A stretch of DNA of 58,251 nt, the filler included, from Nemertoderma westbladi (lineage: Eukaryota; Animalia; Xenacoelomorpha), in the NCBI GenBank assembly GCA_032718475.1. It is 3 parts of 3 records of this genome, joined end to end, with 100 filler letters (N's around TTAATTAATTAA, not from the genome) between each part and the next. Parts side by side here need not be neighbours in the genome. Positions count along the whole stretch, not along the records: positions 19,666 to 35,937 come from JAUCBJ010008349.1; 2 more parts are not named here. One strand, written 5' to 3'. Position 1 is the first letter of the stretch, and every line of letters begins with the position of its first letter. The notes below the pieces were generated by a model. That model was given only the letters and a program-made list of their open reading frames with translations, ran no database searches and was not told the DNA's origin. Positions 21,481 to 33,886 of this stretch are shown here, piece after piece. A program made the translations under genes and the position numbers.

Positions 21481-23110
21481 CTTGTTGCGCCTGTCGATTT
21501 GTATAAATCGACAGGCGCCTATAGACCCCCCCCCCCCCCCCCCCCCAATTTATTATTATTATTAAATTATTATTTATACTTCAAAAATTTGTGGCACGGA
21601 ACACATCACACGAAATGGAATTACAATAAAAGCAGGCCATTTAAAACCATTTTCAATCAATTAATTCAGCACCTTAGAAAACCTTATAATAAAAAAAATT
21701 ATTCAAATTTTTTGAATTAACAAAGGTGGTTCTGAATTAACGAGTGAGGACCCAGAGTTAATAAGGATATTCCCTGGATTAATAAAAAATAATTAATACC
21801 AAAATTAATAACAAAAGAAAACACCCAAAATACAATACCAGCAAATACAGAAATATACTCATATTAACAAATAACACAAAAATAATTATTTAATAAAAAA
21901 TTTAATATTGATCTTTTAAAGCTCTAAAATCACAAAGAAAACCCATGAAGGTGTATTCCAATTACAATTGTTCAACCCCAGTGATTTTGAAATACACCAG
22001 ACATGTCAGAGAGCATTGTAAGTATTATTTCCTTGTGCAAAAATTAATTCTTCTTGATATATTATATGCAAAATTTTCATGCATATTCAAACAATCAAAA
22101 GCGTGAAACCGGTAGTCATACAGCAATTGGATGTCTTTAGTGGGATCGGAAACACTCTAGAGAACATTTAAAAATAAACTTCATCATTCCAAAGTGAATA
22201 CTTCTTGAGATATAGCCTTTCAAAAAATTAACCAATCATAGACCACGTAGCAAAACCCGACAATCCAACAGCTATAAAACATCGTCAGTGAGTTAGGGCA
22301 TACTCCAGAGAATATTCCTAGCCTTCAAACTTCATCCCAAAGTGAAGCTAACTCGAGTTATCGTCGTTCAAAGAATTAGCCAATCAGGCGCCGTATCTGA
22401 TGACCACGGTATGGGGGTGACTTGGGACCTCAACGTGAGATTCAGAACACCATCCAAAACATATTCGCATAAAATCTTACTACAAATTGTCAAGGCCTAG
22501 GTACATTTTCAGCCTTTGAAAATTCAAGCCAATCAGGTACCAGATACAGTGACCACGGTAGATGAGTGACCTGGGACCCCAATATACATCATCAGTGAGT
22601 TAGGGCATCCTCCAGAGAATATTCCTAGCCTTCAAACTTCATCCCAAAGTGAAGCAAACCCGAGTTATCGTCGTTCAAAGAATTAGCCAATCAGGCACCA
22701 TATCTGATGACCACGGTATGGGGGTGACTTGGCACCTCAACGCGAGATTCAGAACACCATCCAAAACATATTCGCATAAAATCTTATCACTAATTGTCAA
22801 GGCCTAGGTAAGTTTTCAGCGTCTGAATATTTGAGCCAATCAGGTGCCAGATACAGTGACCACAGTACGCGCGTGACCTGGGACCCCAATGGAAGGTTCA
22901 GAGTACTGGCCAAAACATTTTCGCATCAAATTGTACCGTAAAATGTTACTGCATATCAGCAAAGTCACCTACCGGTATTTGATCAGCAAAAGATCAGGTC
23001 TGACTGTGTGATTTGGGTCTGATCATATTTTCCTTTGCATGCATAAGAAGCCCTTCAATGGTCACTATCCGCTACATTGATCTAATCCATATCGTCAGAT
23101 AGCCCGTGTT
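21481..23110 (+). mobile_element. Non-autonomous Helentron/DINE-like repeat with internal ~150-bp units (307-bp dimer)
   Basis: 5' hairpin GCGCCTGTCGATTT-gtat-AAATCGACAGGCGC followed by poly-C; 22280-22590 is duplicated at 22587-22895. Right boundary approximate. Confidence 0.55.
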
Positions 23111-24645
23111 GCTGTTATAAGATTTATTTTGATTTGGTGCGATTTGGGTAATTTTAGTTTTTTTTTGGGGTAAACTATGGTATCAATAACTTCCAGTAAA
23201 ATGCCTACGTTAAGAACATTGCTAGAAATGTCAATCATCTATAGCCTACAAACTAAGGGTAACTGTCAGCCAGTTACTGTACATGGGCAGATGGGTATAC
23301 TAAGTACAGGAGTACTTGGATATTCCTGTATTCACAATACTCAACTATATGAAGATACTGTAGGGTACATTTTGACTAAAATACGGCATCTGATGTAACG
23401 TTTTGACTAGGCCTATCTGCCAAAAGAACCTCCACTATATATGCCCTACATGTAGGCCTGCCATACCTGCACCGGTGCTCACTACAGACTGTGAAGGTAG
23501 GTACCGGCAAGAGGTGTTTGGTATATAGTTTTAGTCAGTAATGGCATACAGCAACTACTGACTTTATGATTTCATCAAGTTCATCAAACCAGGCTGATGA
23601 ATCAGCTGTACTGTATTAATTATTGCAGCCGGATTGGATAATTTATTAATTAATTTGGGGAACTTTACTAATTAGTAAAATCGTTAATTAGTTCGATTCA
23701 AAAGATTTTAGAGTAATTATCATTTGTAAAATAGTAAACTGCTTTGGTACACCTTGTGAATAAGGATTTGGTGGGCGGGGGGGCAAAACCCCCCCGGAAA
23801 TTAGGTAATTAGTTAATTACTAATTAACGGTAGGAGATACGGCATCGGCGCCAGAGACTTTTTTGTGTAGAATAAAATTCCGAACAACTTTGTGATGTTA
23901 AGTTTTTTCATAGCTCTTAGTGTTTTCGAGTTACGACGCTAATTAGTTTTCGGCTAATTAGTACTAATTAACAGTAATAGGAGGGCCATAGCGATGACTG
24001 AACTTTTTTTAGATCTTACCGAGATGAACAAAAAAAACACCGTTGCTAGGGGAAAAACCAAATACTTTTCGAGAAAAATCAATTAGAAATCTTTAATCGC
24101 TAATTACTAATTAATTAATTAACAGATTTTTTCCACAAAGACACCTAGCTATCGCGCTAGGGCCATCTACCAGATCGCGCAAACAGAATCGTTCTAGCTT
24201 TTGCCATTCTCCTGGAAAAATCCGAAAAAAATCGACCTAAAAAAGATCAAAGCAAAGTGCCTACTTGACAGGGGGTACACCATAATGCTATCTTATGAGG
24301 TTTTACTTTTGGTGTTTATGTTGGTTTCTCATGTTCCGTTAAAAAGGCTGCATTATTTATTCCTCATAAGACTCTGTCGAGCCTTTGGCTCTCCAGTGGC
24401 AGCCAGACCATCAAGCCCTTTGTTTTAACACAGATCCCCTATACTTCATAGGTCAACACACTCTGTACGCCTACGGTCAATGTTCTTTATGACAATATTA
24501 ACAAACATCCTGTCCATCGTCCACGCCACTAGCATGCATTGCCGGCTGACACAACAGTTAGCGATCATCCATGTTAATCCACAAATCATCTGCATCACCA
24601 AGTCCAGGGTCTTTAGCAGGCGTTTTGGGATTGTTAATGTCTGAC

Positions 24646-25472
24646 CAGGCTTCCACAAAATTTGAAACCTTCCGGAAACCACAATTTTTAATTGAAAAAC
24701 TTCGGAATTTTTAATTCAAATTACCGTATATAATTGATTCCAGTGTCACTATCTCCTAGAGTGAAAGCGAGCATATTGGGGGATGGTTGAATTTAAGGGC
24801 TGCATCACTTTGTTAGCTGATTTTAATTCTTATTTTATTTATTTATATCAATTTGAATATTTGAATTTGAATACTTTCCCCCATATTCAAGATCGTCCTA
24901 AATTAATTAGAGTAAACCACTGCAGTTGGCCCCTGTATGGAATCCATCTAAAGAGTGCGCTGGATACCGCAGTCGGCCGCTGCTTATGTCCAACCGAATG
25001 GTAAAGTCAACTAATAGTGAGCTGTTGATTGATATTCCTTTATTATTTTTATTTATTATTTGATTATATTTTTATTCAGCAAAATTATATAAACAAGATA
25101 CAGAAAATCCAACTTTTTTGTGGAAATAAATGATATTCAGAAGCATTTTTAATTCACTGGGCCATTAAGATATTGACTTGAAATTCAGAAATTTTGATAG
25201 TAAATTTGTTCAAAAATTTAATTTTTTTCTAACATTAGTTTTTTACTTTTCTCAGAACATGTTTTATCCCTTTTTGGTCGGTTTCTATATGAACTGCCAC
25301 ATATGGTATAATTTTGTAAATTCGATCTATTTTTGGGGGTTTAAATTATTCTTTAGGTGCATAAATTATATTTCCATTGCATCTCAGGTTTTTAGTGAGT
25401 CAAAAATCTTCGGAAGTTTTCAGAATCTTCCGGAAACCTAGTTTCCGGGTTTCCGCATTTTGTGGAACCCTG
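24646..25472. mobile_element. Non-autonomous hAT-type DNA transposon (827 bp)
   Basis: TIR CAGG(C/G)TTCCACAAAA at both ends; perfect 8-bp TSD TGTCTGAC at 24638-24645 and 25473-25480. Confidence 0.9.
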
Positions 25473-25739
25473 TGTCTGACCTGCATAGGCCTACTTTATC
25501 TCACTATCATACTGCATATCATATTAATTTGCTATCATAACAAAAAAATAGCAAAATTTTTTAAACAATTTCTAATGGTTTTTATATATAAATGAATGCA
25601 ATAAAAATGTGTGAAAATTTCATGCAAAAGCAATTGCAATTTTTTATTAATACAGCGCAATCACGACGTATTCTTTCCACGATTTAAGTTTACGATGGTT
25701 TCTAAAGTTTCTTAAAAGATAGAAAAACACGGAAAAAAA

Positions 25740-25872
25740 ACGAGGAAAAAAACGTAGAACATTTTTTTTTCAATATTCTCTCGACACTGTTTAACCTCGC
25801 TGACGCTCGGTAAATAAAATGCCTCGAGAATAATGAAAAAAAAGTTTTACTTTTTTCCCATGTAATAAATAA
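25740..25872 (-). repeat. Dispersed AT-rich foldback repeat (inverted relative at 49655-49790)
   Basis: AACCTCGCTGACGCTCGGTAAATAA...TTTTCCCATGTAATAAAT approximates the reverse complement of ATTTATTACATGGGAAAA...TTATTTACCGAGCGCAAGCGAGGTT. Confidence 0.7.
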
Positions 25873-27153
25873 TAATTATTATTACGTGAAAAATCTTTGT
25901 TAACATTAATTGAAATTATGAAATTTCCTTGCAGTGGAATTGTATAAGTTACCTTATTATTGTGAGATTTGTGATATATTTAAAAATTAGATGCGACTTA
26001 TAGTTACCGAGATTTAGCACTTTACGTGTGATAGGTTAGTGTCAATTTTATTCGTTCCCTATTGAATTGCATCATATTGTGCAATTAATTAAATTATTCT
26101 GGATTCTGGAACATCACCAATTTGATACTTACTCTTTCCTACTGTTCCTTTTGTTTGACTTGTCTTATGCAAATTTAGGTAGAATTTCATTGAATATATT
26201 TATGTTCCGCAATTAATTTATTTTGCAGTTTTTTGGTATTTAACGAGGAAAATATAGAATCCCAAAAATGTGGTTCGGATTAGTGTTTAAACGGGATCTG
26301 ACTTTTCGGGATCGGGATCGGGATCGGGATTATCACTCTCGGGATCCCGATTTTATTTCATCTTCAATTAACGATTTTAATTTTATTTATCCCGATATTT
26401 CATTACTGGATGGTTTACTGACATCCAGTAATTTTCAAATTTCAATTAAACGCTACGAAATTTGGTATAATGATAGTTCGATAACTTATTGCTGGCCTGG
26501 CCAGATTTTCAAATTTTAAAATTATTTAGCTACAACAAGTCATTAAAAATGCCTATTCAATATTTAACCATCTGTTGGCTTTATTTTTTTCATCTTTGGA
26601 ATGTAATCTAGACATCCTTAGAAACGCGTATCTAACGTACTATATTCCAGGACATGGTATATTATTGAAGTAATAAGCCATACTTTGATGGAACATTATT
26701 TGCAGTTTTAATTAAGTGAAGTGCGCTAGGGCACGACTCCTCAATGTTACCAATTAAAATACAAAAAGTAAGCTATCACACCATCAGAGCGTCCAGTACT
26801 TTGGTCTCAAAGTGCATAAACTCTTGAATGAAGGAGTTCCAGCTACGTTGTTAAACACAACCCAGTGACTAGCAGACAAAACTCTGGACTACACAACCAC
26901 AGGCTAATTGGCGAGCTACACGATGGTATGTGTTAATCAAAAAAGCAATCTACGTACCAAACATAATATAATTTGTGAAGTTGTAATGATAAATAAAGTT
27001 AGAGATTCGAAATCATATTATAAATAAAATGATATAATTATTAAAAAAATCTAATCTAATAGTAAGGCATGGGATTTAGTTACATATTCCAAGAATAAAA
27101 AATTAATAATTAAAAAAATAAATCCAACTAAATGTAAATAAAATACCCTTTAC

Positions 27154-29760
27154 CTAAAGTTTGTGCGCTAAATTAGTTGTCAGAAATATGTGCTTCATAT
27201 GGCGAAGGGATTGCTGCAGTGTTGCAGTATAACGATATGCGTCTGTGATGCCGCAGTCCTTGTAAGAAGTGACGGAAACGACAAGAAACTCAGGATAAAT
27301 CTCGTAACAGACCCCGTAGCCGTCTGGGCAGACCGGACCGAATCCAACAATCCATCCCAAGCCCCCGGTGTCCACCTTACTGGTGGACAATCGGAACCGC
27401 ATGGAGTCCAGGAATACCGGATCGCGGAACATTGGAATATCGATACCGAGATCTCTAGAGGCCGAGTTCAACCCCAGGAGATGCCGGTCAAAGCCCAAGC
27501 CCGAAATGGCTGCAATTTGGCACTCCCTGTACCTTGCGGAGGCTCTCACCAGCAGCTCCCGCAGTCTATGCCGCTCCTCCGACCCCGCTCCCTCCTCCGT
27601 CACATCCACTGCGGATCTAACGAACGCAGCTGACTCCTCCGACATAGTGCGTAGATTCTCCGTGCGTCCATGGAGGAACCCACGGGTAGAGCAGCTCTCG
27701 TAGGTCGCCGGGAACCCACCGTGTATCCGGTAGAAAGCGAGCTGAAAGGCGACCTGCAACCAGGAATCGGGGCCGAGATTCCACGATTTAATCAACTCCT
27801 TCCCATAATCCCGGAAAGTAAACGTTGTGAACGCCACGTTATCACCGGCCCGTTGGATCTCCGTTTTCGCACGAACTATCTCTCCTTTCACGTTTTCATC
27901 GACTATGAATTCCAAATGCTCAGAATCGTTATCACCACAGTCGACCCCATCCTCCCGGAAGTTGTGCGTCATGTACGAAATCCCGATGTCTCTGAGAGCG
28001 GCAAAGAACTGACTGAAGGCTGTCCCATCAGCAGCTGAGTGTTCCTGAACCTGGCCCAGACACCCATCCCTGTAAGACAAAGCTTCTAGTAGTAGAAAGG
28101 GAGTGCTTTCTTATTACCAATATAAGAATGTAATGAAATATAGATAAGACACGAAGCGAACCGTGCAAGTTGAAGTTCCAGATAGATGATATCCTATCTA
28201 GGAATGACTATTAATTACTATCATTTGTACAGAACAGGACTGCATTCAATCTCTGTCCAAATAAGTCTGTACAAAAGTTCTCCACAATGTATCTCTAATC
28301 TTCCTTGATGAAACCAATTTGAAACTGTAAAGGAAACACCTCTGAAGCTTGGTGTTGAAAGAATGCTAGTAAGCAAAAATAAAAAATGGGTCGCATTGGT
28401 CCTAATGCCATTCGCATTATCAGCTATCAGGTCATAGAGAATCGAACTGTAATGAGATAGAAAAGGTGTCTCAGCCAAAACCCGATAGGGCCTATATAAA
28501 TAAGTTGCCTAAAAGACGTACAAACTGCCTTCTATGTTTTCAACGGTAAAACTTTCGCCCCATTTTATTTAATCAATTTAAAAGTGACGTCGCGATGTTC
28601 TCATTACTAATCTGCAAGAGGTATTAAAGCGATATTTTATAATTTTCTCAAAATGAGAGGCAAAAAATAACTTGTTAGATTAATTCAATTCAGGAAAATT
28701 GAAAATTTAGGACAACAAAAAAATTTAATTTACACAATCCAGCGTTAAATAACGTTAAACAGCCTTAAATAACAACACTTCCATTAGTTCCATTACAAAC
28801 CGGTACTGGTACCTACCTGGTTATAACGATCTGTATCCCAACATCGTACCATCGGTTACAACTGTTCACCTCGGCAGAAATCCCGAACAAACAGTTAAAG
28901 AAACTCTGCCTTTGTAACTCCTCGATTCCCTCGGTATCCCATCCGGGTAGCGGGTTATCCAAACAAACAACAGCTAAGCAACCCAGAATTTTATCGAGAG
29001 AATAATAATTAGTCGGGTTCCCTTTAAGTTTATTATAAATACCGGTCCAATCGTCTCGATCTAAACTAGAAAGAACTCCCACCTCCTCTCCAGGACGTTC
29101 TATAGGATGGCTAGTTAATTTCTTTAGAAGGTAATAAATTTGGTCTATCGAGAAAGGTTCGAACTTTTCATTAAATAGATTTATTGAGTAGAACTGGTTC
29201 TTATAAGCTACTATGATATGCCTCGGTTTGGGTTGGCTATCGTCTATAGTTCGTAAGAAATCACAACCAACCCCCGGAACACAGGAACTACCAATAAGTT
29301 TATACAACTGTTCCATGCTCTGAGGAACACCTTGTTTGTGCTCGTTCTCGAGCGAGTACTGCAGTACGGAAGTGTAGTAGTTCTGTACGCCCATTATCGC
29401 TCGCGCCGCCGCCTGTATTTGTCCCTCTAGATCACGGAACGGGAATCGAACCAACGTAGAAGCGGGACTCACATATATCGGTTTTGGGACCCGGGGTTCA
29501 AGGTAGGCGGCCCTCAACCAGTAGTCTTCCAACCAGCTGTCACGTAAACCTTTTATTAGTTCCAGATGATTCTGTAATTTCACTGAATCGGGGCTCCTGG
29601 CAAAGTTTCTAGCTAAGATGGAGAATTCCTCCCATTGTTTTTTATCGGTTATCGGTTTGATAGCTCGCAGATAACCAGTAACTGTTTGTGTCAGTTTGGG
29701 TATAGGTAATTTAGGTAGTTTGTCCTGGTGACATTCGTATTTCAATCGATGAAAATCCAT
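27154..29760 (-). CDS. Choline/carnitine O-acyltransferase family protein (CrAT-like), two exons: 29760-28817 and 28069-27154, 619 aa
   Basis: LPKLPIPKL, WLEDYW, NRWYD, catalytic EHSAADG, PDSWLQVAFQLA, TYESCSTR.F.HGRTE, GFDRHL, LSTS, GFGPV..DGYGVCY. Phase-2 GT-AG intron (AG|GTAGGT...TTACAG|G) restores R-DG. Confidence 0.92.
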
Positions 29761-29878
29761 GATAGGATTTGAATTGGTACAGGTAGGGCTGTAAGGGTAG
29801 GTCTACCCTACCATATACGCGATAGAGATGACTCTCTGAGTACGGTACCCAATTCAACAACTGAATTCAACAACAGTG

Positions 29879-29892
29879 GTTGCCTAGGTAAT
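29879..29892. promoter_or_regulatory. RFX X-box-like motif upstream of the acyltransferase
   Basis: GTTGCCTAGGTAAT, one mismatch from GTTGCCTAGGTAAC, ~120 bp 5' of the ATG. Confidence 0.35.
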
Positions 29893-30181
29893 AGCAAAGT
29901 AAAGCATAAAGTAAACGTTCTCAATATCAACAATATAACACGTTCGTTTGACCATTTGGTCCTTTGAAGTAAGTAAGTGTGGCATAACGTATGGGTAACA
30001 CTACTGCACTATGGTAGCTCGAAGCCTACCGTCCACCGGACCAGAGCGCAGAGGTTTTCGGGGAATCTGACAGACCAGACACAGACCGACCGACTGAAGA
30101 ACAACAGTTTGAAACAGAGGAACCAGTATGATAAGATCGCTTACTTGTCACTCGCCCCAAAACACTATTTCGGGTAATTAT

Positions 30182-30215
30182 CAGGGCCGGATTTAGAGTG
30201 GTGGGTGGCCGGGCC
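30182..30215 (+). mobile_element. hAT-like terminal sequence (related end at ~57222-57249, minus strand)
   Basis: CAGGGCCGGATTTAGAGTGGTGGGTGGCC versus minus-strand CAGCGCCGGATTATGAGTGGTGGGTGGCC. Confidence 0.5.
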
Positions 30216-30871
30216 CGAACTCTACTGTATGGGGTTTGCACATACGCCGCCGAGCACTTCTCACAGACTATACTACAGTATACTGAAAGGCACTATGTAT
30301 TGCAAATACCTTTCAAATAAACGTGAATGTAGATGTAAATATATTAGTAGAGATGCGAGTCAGGAAATGTTTCGAAATTTCCGGAAATTTTCTATACATT
30401 TTCCGGAAGTTTCCTATTTATTAATTATTTTATTAATGCGTGCACCAACCGCCAAATATTGTGTGTGTGCAAGGTAAATATTACCTAAATAACCCGGTAA
30501 ATATTAATATTAATTAATAAGATTCCCGAATCACACAGAAAGAACCATCGAGATACTACAACTACTACTAGGTTGAGTGAGCTCGGACAGTGGAAATCAG
30601 TACCATCCAGGCTTCCCGATTCTCCATAGTTGTTAACATTTTGTTAACGACTTATTAACTTATTAAATTTATTAACTTATTAAATTTTGTTAACACAAAT
30701 CCAGTATCCCTTGATGTCGGGGATAGCCCCATGAGACAATGTCTCGTTTCCATGGGGGTCCCCTGGAAATACAGTAGTTTAAATTTAAATGAAAGAACAT
30801 AGGCCCCCTACATTAAAGTATCTCGCGCATTATAAAATATTTTACTTAAAATTCCTACAGTATAAAGGTCT

Positions 30872-31004
30872 GCGGACATGCCCCCTAGAAAGTGATGGCG
30901 GTGTCACAGGCGGACATGCCCCCTAAAGTGATGGCGGAATCAAAGGTGGACATGCCCCCTAGAAAGTGATGACGGAGTCACAGGCGGACATGCCCCCTAG
31001 AAAG
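30872..31004. repeat. ~38-bp tandem repeat (GCGGACATGCCCCCTAGAAAGTGATGGCGG...), ~3.5 copies
   Basis: Read directly. Confidence 0.85.
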
Positions 31005-31385
31005 CCCAACAAAAAGTTATAATAATTATAAACAATGGCGAATCGATATAATTATATTTATTTGTGGGGAATTATTTGCAATTATGCACTTAAACTTCCT
31101 AGCACAACATAATAATGACGCGGTGACAAACTGGATATACTGGTGGACATACATCGTAAAATGTATGGCGTAGGGACATAATGCGAAATATTGTCGCACT
31201 GCGATATATAGTTAGAAACGCTGCACGTTGCACCCAAATCCATAACTCCATAATCCATAATCCATTGTTATTAGGTTATACAGGTATTCGTGGTTAGTAG
31301 ACCCTTTGTATTAGTATTAGTGTACCGTGGTTAGTAGACCCTTTGTATTAGTATTAGTGTTCCCTTTCAATTTGGTCTGTATATG

Positions 31386-31604
31386 TTATAGCCGGTCGTC
31401 CACAGCTACGCTTTCCTTGTGTTGATTGACAGCAACGTAGATCTGGTATGACCTCGACTTTACTTCTCCAGCAGTCCAGCAGTGCCCACTGAATCTTAAT
31501 CTGCGTTCACGGAGGGTGGTTGATACAGGTGGTATTGTACCATAAAGCTCGGCGTTTGTCATGTGTTGTCTCCAGCTGATGTTTAGGGTAGCACTTAGAT
31601 ACAT
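31386..31604 (-). pseudogene. RTE-like LINE C-terminal fragment
   Basis: LNISWRQHMTNAELYG...LRERRLRFSGHCW is typical of the RTE ORF C-terminus. Confidence 0.8.
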
Positions 31605-31682
31605 ACATTAGGGTTAGTACATTAATACTATTAAACACTTATAGTTATTGTTGTTTTTGTTAACAAAGAAAACCCCTTACAG

Positions 31683-31843
31683 GAGACACTGAAGGACCTG
31701 GACAAGGATTCGGATGGGAAGGTTTCGTTTAAGGAGTACCTCGGGGAGATCTACCCGTATGATATCCAGGGAGCCGACGAACCTGAATGGCTGAAAGGCG
31801 AAGCCGAATGCTTTAAAGAAACTCGGGACTTTAATGGGGACGG
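31683..31843 (+). CDS. Single internal exon of a calumenin/reticulocalbin (CREC family) EF-hand protein
   Basis: TTACAG|GAG...GACGG|GTTAGT. Translates ETLKDLDKDSDGKVSFKEYLGEIYPYDIQGADEPEWLKGEAECFKETRDFNGDG (EF-hand plus the CREC EPEW motif). Not in the ORF track. Confidence 0.8.
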
Positions 31844-31951
31844 GTTAGTTATCGCCGAAAAATATGGCTTTATCCTTTATGTTAGTTAGTAGTGATAGGG
31901 TATGCAACGTAAGACTCTCTGTTCGATATAAGTGGATAAAATGAGAATGGC

Positions 31952-32013
31952 TGAACTGGTTAGCGCTACCGGTACTGATTAGGCTGAAACGCGTATACAG
32001 TAGCGCTGGTTCA
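31952..32013 (+). ncRNA. Candidate degenerate type I hammerhead ribozyme
   Basis: TGAACT..AGCGCTAC..GTA pairs with TAC.GTAGCGCT-GGTTCA around CTGATTA-GGCT-GAAACGCGTA. Core has G8>U and no real stem II. Confidence 0.4.
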
Positions 32014-32399
32014 ACCCCCGGTGACGTGAAACGCTCAACAAAAGCACTAATACATAACGACAATTTCTGCACTCTATTATAGTAAGCGAAAGATTTTATT
32101 TCTTTCATTATTTTTCATAAATTTAGGTGAGAGAAAGTGGAGCTTTTAGATAAAATATATATTCTCATTATGAAGATACAATACATCTCAAAGGATTCAT
32201 ACAGTAGTACCGATATACACAAATATTACCATATAATAATAAAGATGTTCGAACCAACCATCACTTCACAGTTTGTCACCAAGTGAGTAAGAAACTAAAG
32301 TAGGCCCGCCTAATCTGTACCATATATTAATTAAGTATTGCGGGGATTATAACTTGGGGAGTTTTATCCGAGGTTTACACAGAATTAGTGCCAGACTAG

Positions 32400-33656
32400 T
32401 TAGCAGAGTTTTTCACAGTTGCCCCAATTACCCGATCCATGTGTATATGGGACCATCGTAGCGCACCAAGGTACTCCGAAATTATTCAACGTAGTGCATG
32501 AGTGGTAAAGACCGCCTTTGTAGTTAAATGGGAACTTGCATTTTTCCCCGGAATTCGTTCTACCAGTTAGACAACCGCATGGAATGTATTCACAGTTGCC
32601 CCAATTACCCGATCCATGTATATATGGGACCACGGTAGCGCACCAAGGTACACCGAAATTATTCACCGTAGTGCATGAGTGGTAAACAACGTCTTGGTAG
32701 ACAAATGGGAACTTGCAATATCTATTTGGATCTTCACCAGAATTCGTCATACCAGTTAGACAACCGCCTACATAGATTATAAATATTTAAAATATATTAA
32801 AGTAAACTAATGTACATTTTCTGCGGCCGTTAAGCCAGGGATTACGCATTACGCAGGGTATTGGAAAATGCCGCTATTTTTCAAAATAAATTTTCAAAAA
32901 AGAACTGTTTTTTCTTCAAAATGATATTACAGATGAATAATTGCAAAACTAAAAAACTGCTGGAATTGTATTATATTAGACACAGTATGCTTTCTATTGT
33001 TTTGAAGACATACTAATTACCGCACCGCAGGTGGAAACATAATGTAAACTATATTAATTAGTACTTCATTAATGTCCAATTTACTTTTATTACTTTTACA
33101 CTCGAGCAGCAATGGAACCCCCCACTATCCCTAGGCACACTGTAGTACATCGGGCAGCACTAGTACTAGCGTTGCTATTTGCTCGTGTACTGCGGTTCTC
33201 GCACACATTATGTTTTGTTGTTGTACATTTGTGTATAATTAATTGAATTATTGGTCTATGGGAAATAAATAAATTCAATAAATTCAAATAAATTCATACT
33301 GACTGATAGGCTAACTGACAGATAGCCATATCTCGAGAAGTACAGTAAGACACCTTGTTATTTTTTTTCAATTTTGGAATTTTGATAAAAATCTGCTCTA
33401 GATTAAATAGAAAAAAAATGAATGAAAAAAAAAAGGTGCGTCTGTTAAGTAAGTCGTACGTGGTTGTATGTACAGTATGTGGTAAGTAAGGAAGATTTAG
33501 ATGTTGGAATGGGATGGATTCCAAATTATCCTATATATATTCCTGATCATAGCTGTTACCGGTATAGTTTTTCATAACGTGTTTACCTCTTGATGTCACC
33601 TCTCCAAACACCTCTGGTGTACAACACAGTAGTAGTAGGCCTAGAATAAATATCAT
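32400..33656 (-). CDS. Secreted protein with two tandem fibronectin type II domains; exons 33656-33587 and 32767-32400, ~145 aa
   Basis: Signal peptide MIFILGLLLLCCTPEVFG; phase-1 intron AGAG|GTAAAC...TATGTAG|GC; two CKFPF.Y....YHSCT..NNFGVPWCAT....GNWGNC units; AATAAA ~300 nt downstream. Confidence 0.82.
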
Positions 33657-33886
33657 TTTGCTTGATTGTTGTTGAACTGTAAAGGTGATGTGAATTATGT
33701 AAATTTTGAAAGTTGAGAATTTATAATATCCCATATATTCGTAAATATTGTAGGGTGTTTCTTAATAATTAATAAATTATTTAATAAAAAATAATTATTT
33801 AATAATAAATAAATTATTTAATAAATTATTAAAATTATTCCTCATAGTGCTTAGTGCTTCGGGACTGGGGCAGTAGGTTAACTCAA

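Noticed and set aside
23610-24280. TAATTA-rich segment resembling a MITE
   Set aside because: Could not identify paired TIRs or a TSD.
30700-30770. Hairpin CCCCATG-AGAC/GTCT..CATGGGG with GAAAC on the minus strand, as a possible ribozyme
   Set aside because: No CUGANGA core in the required position.
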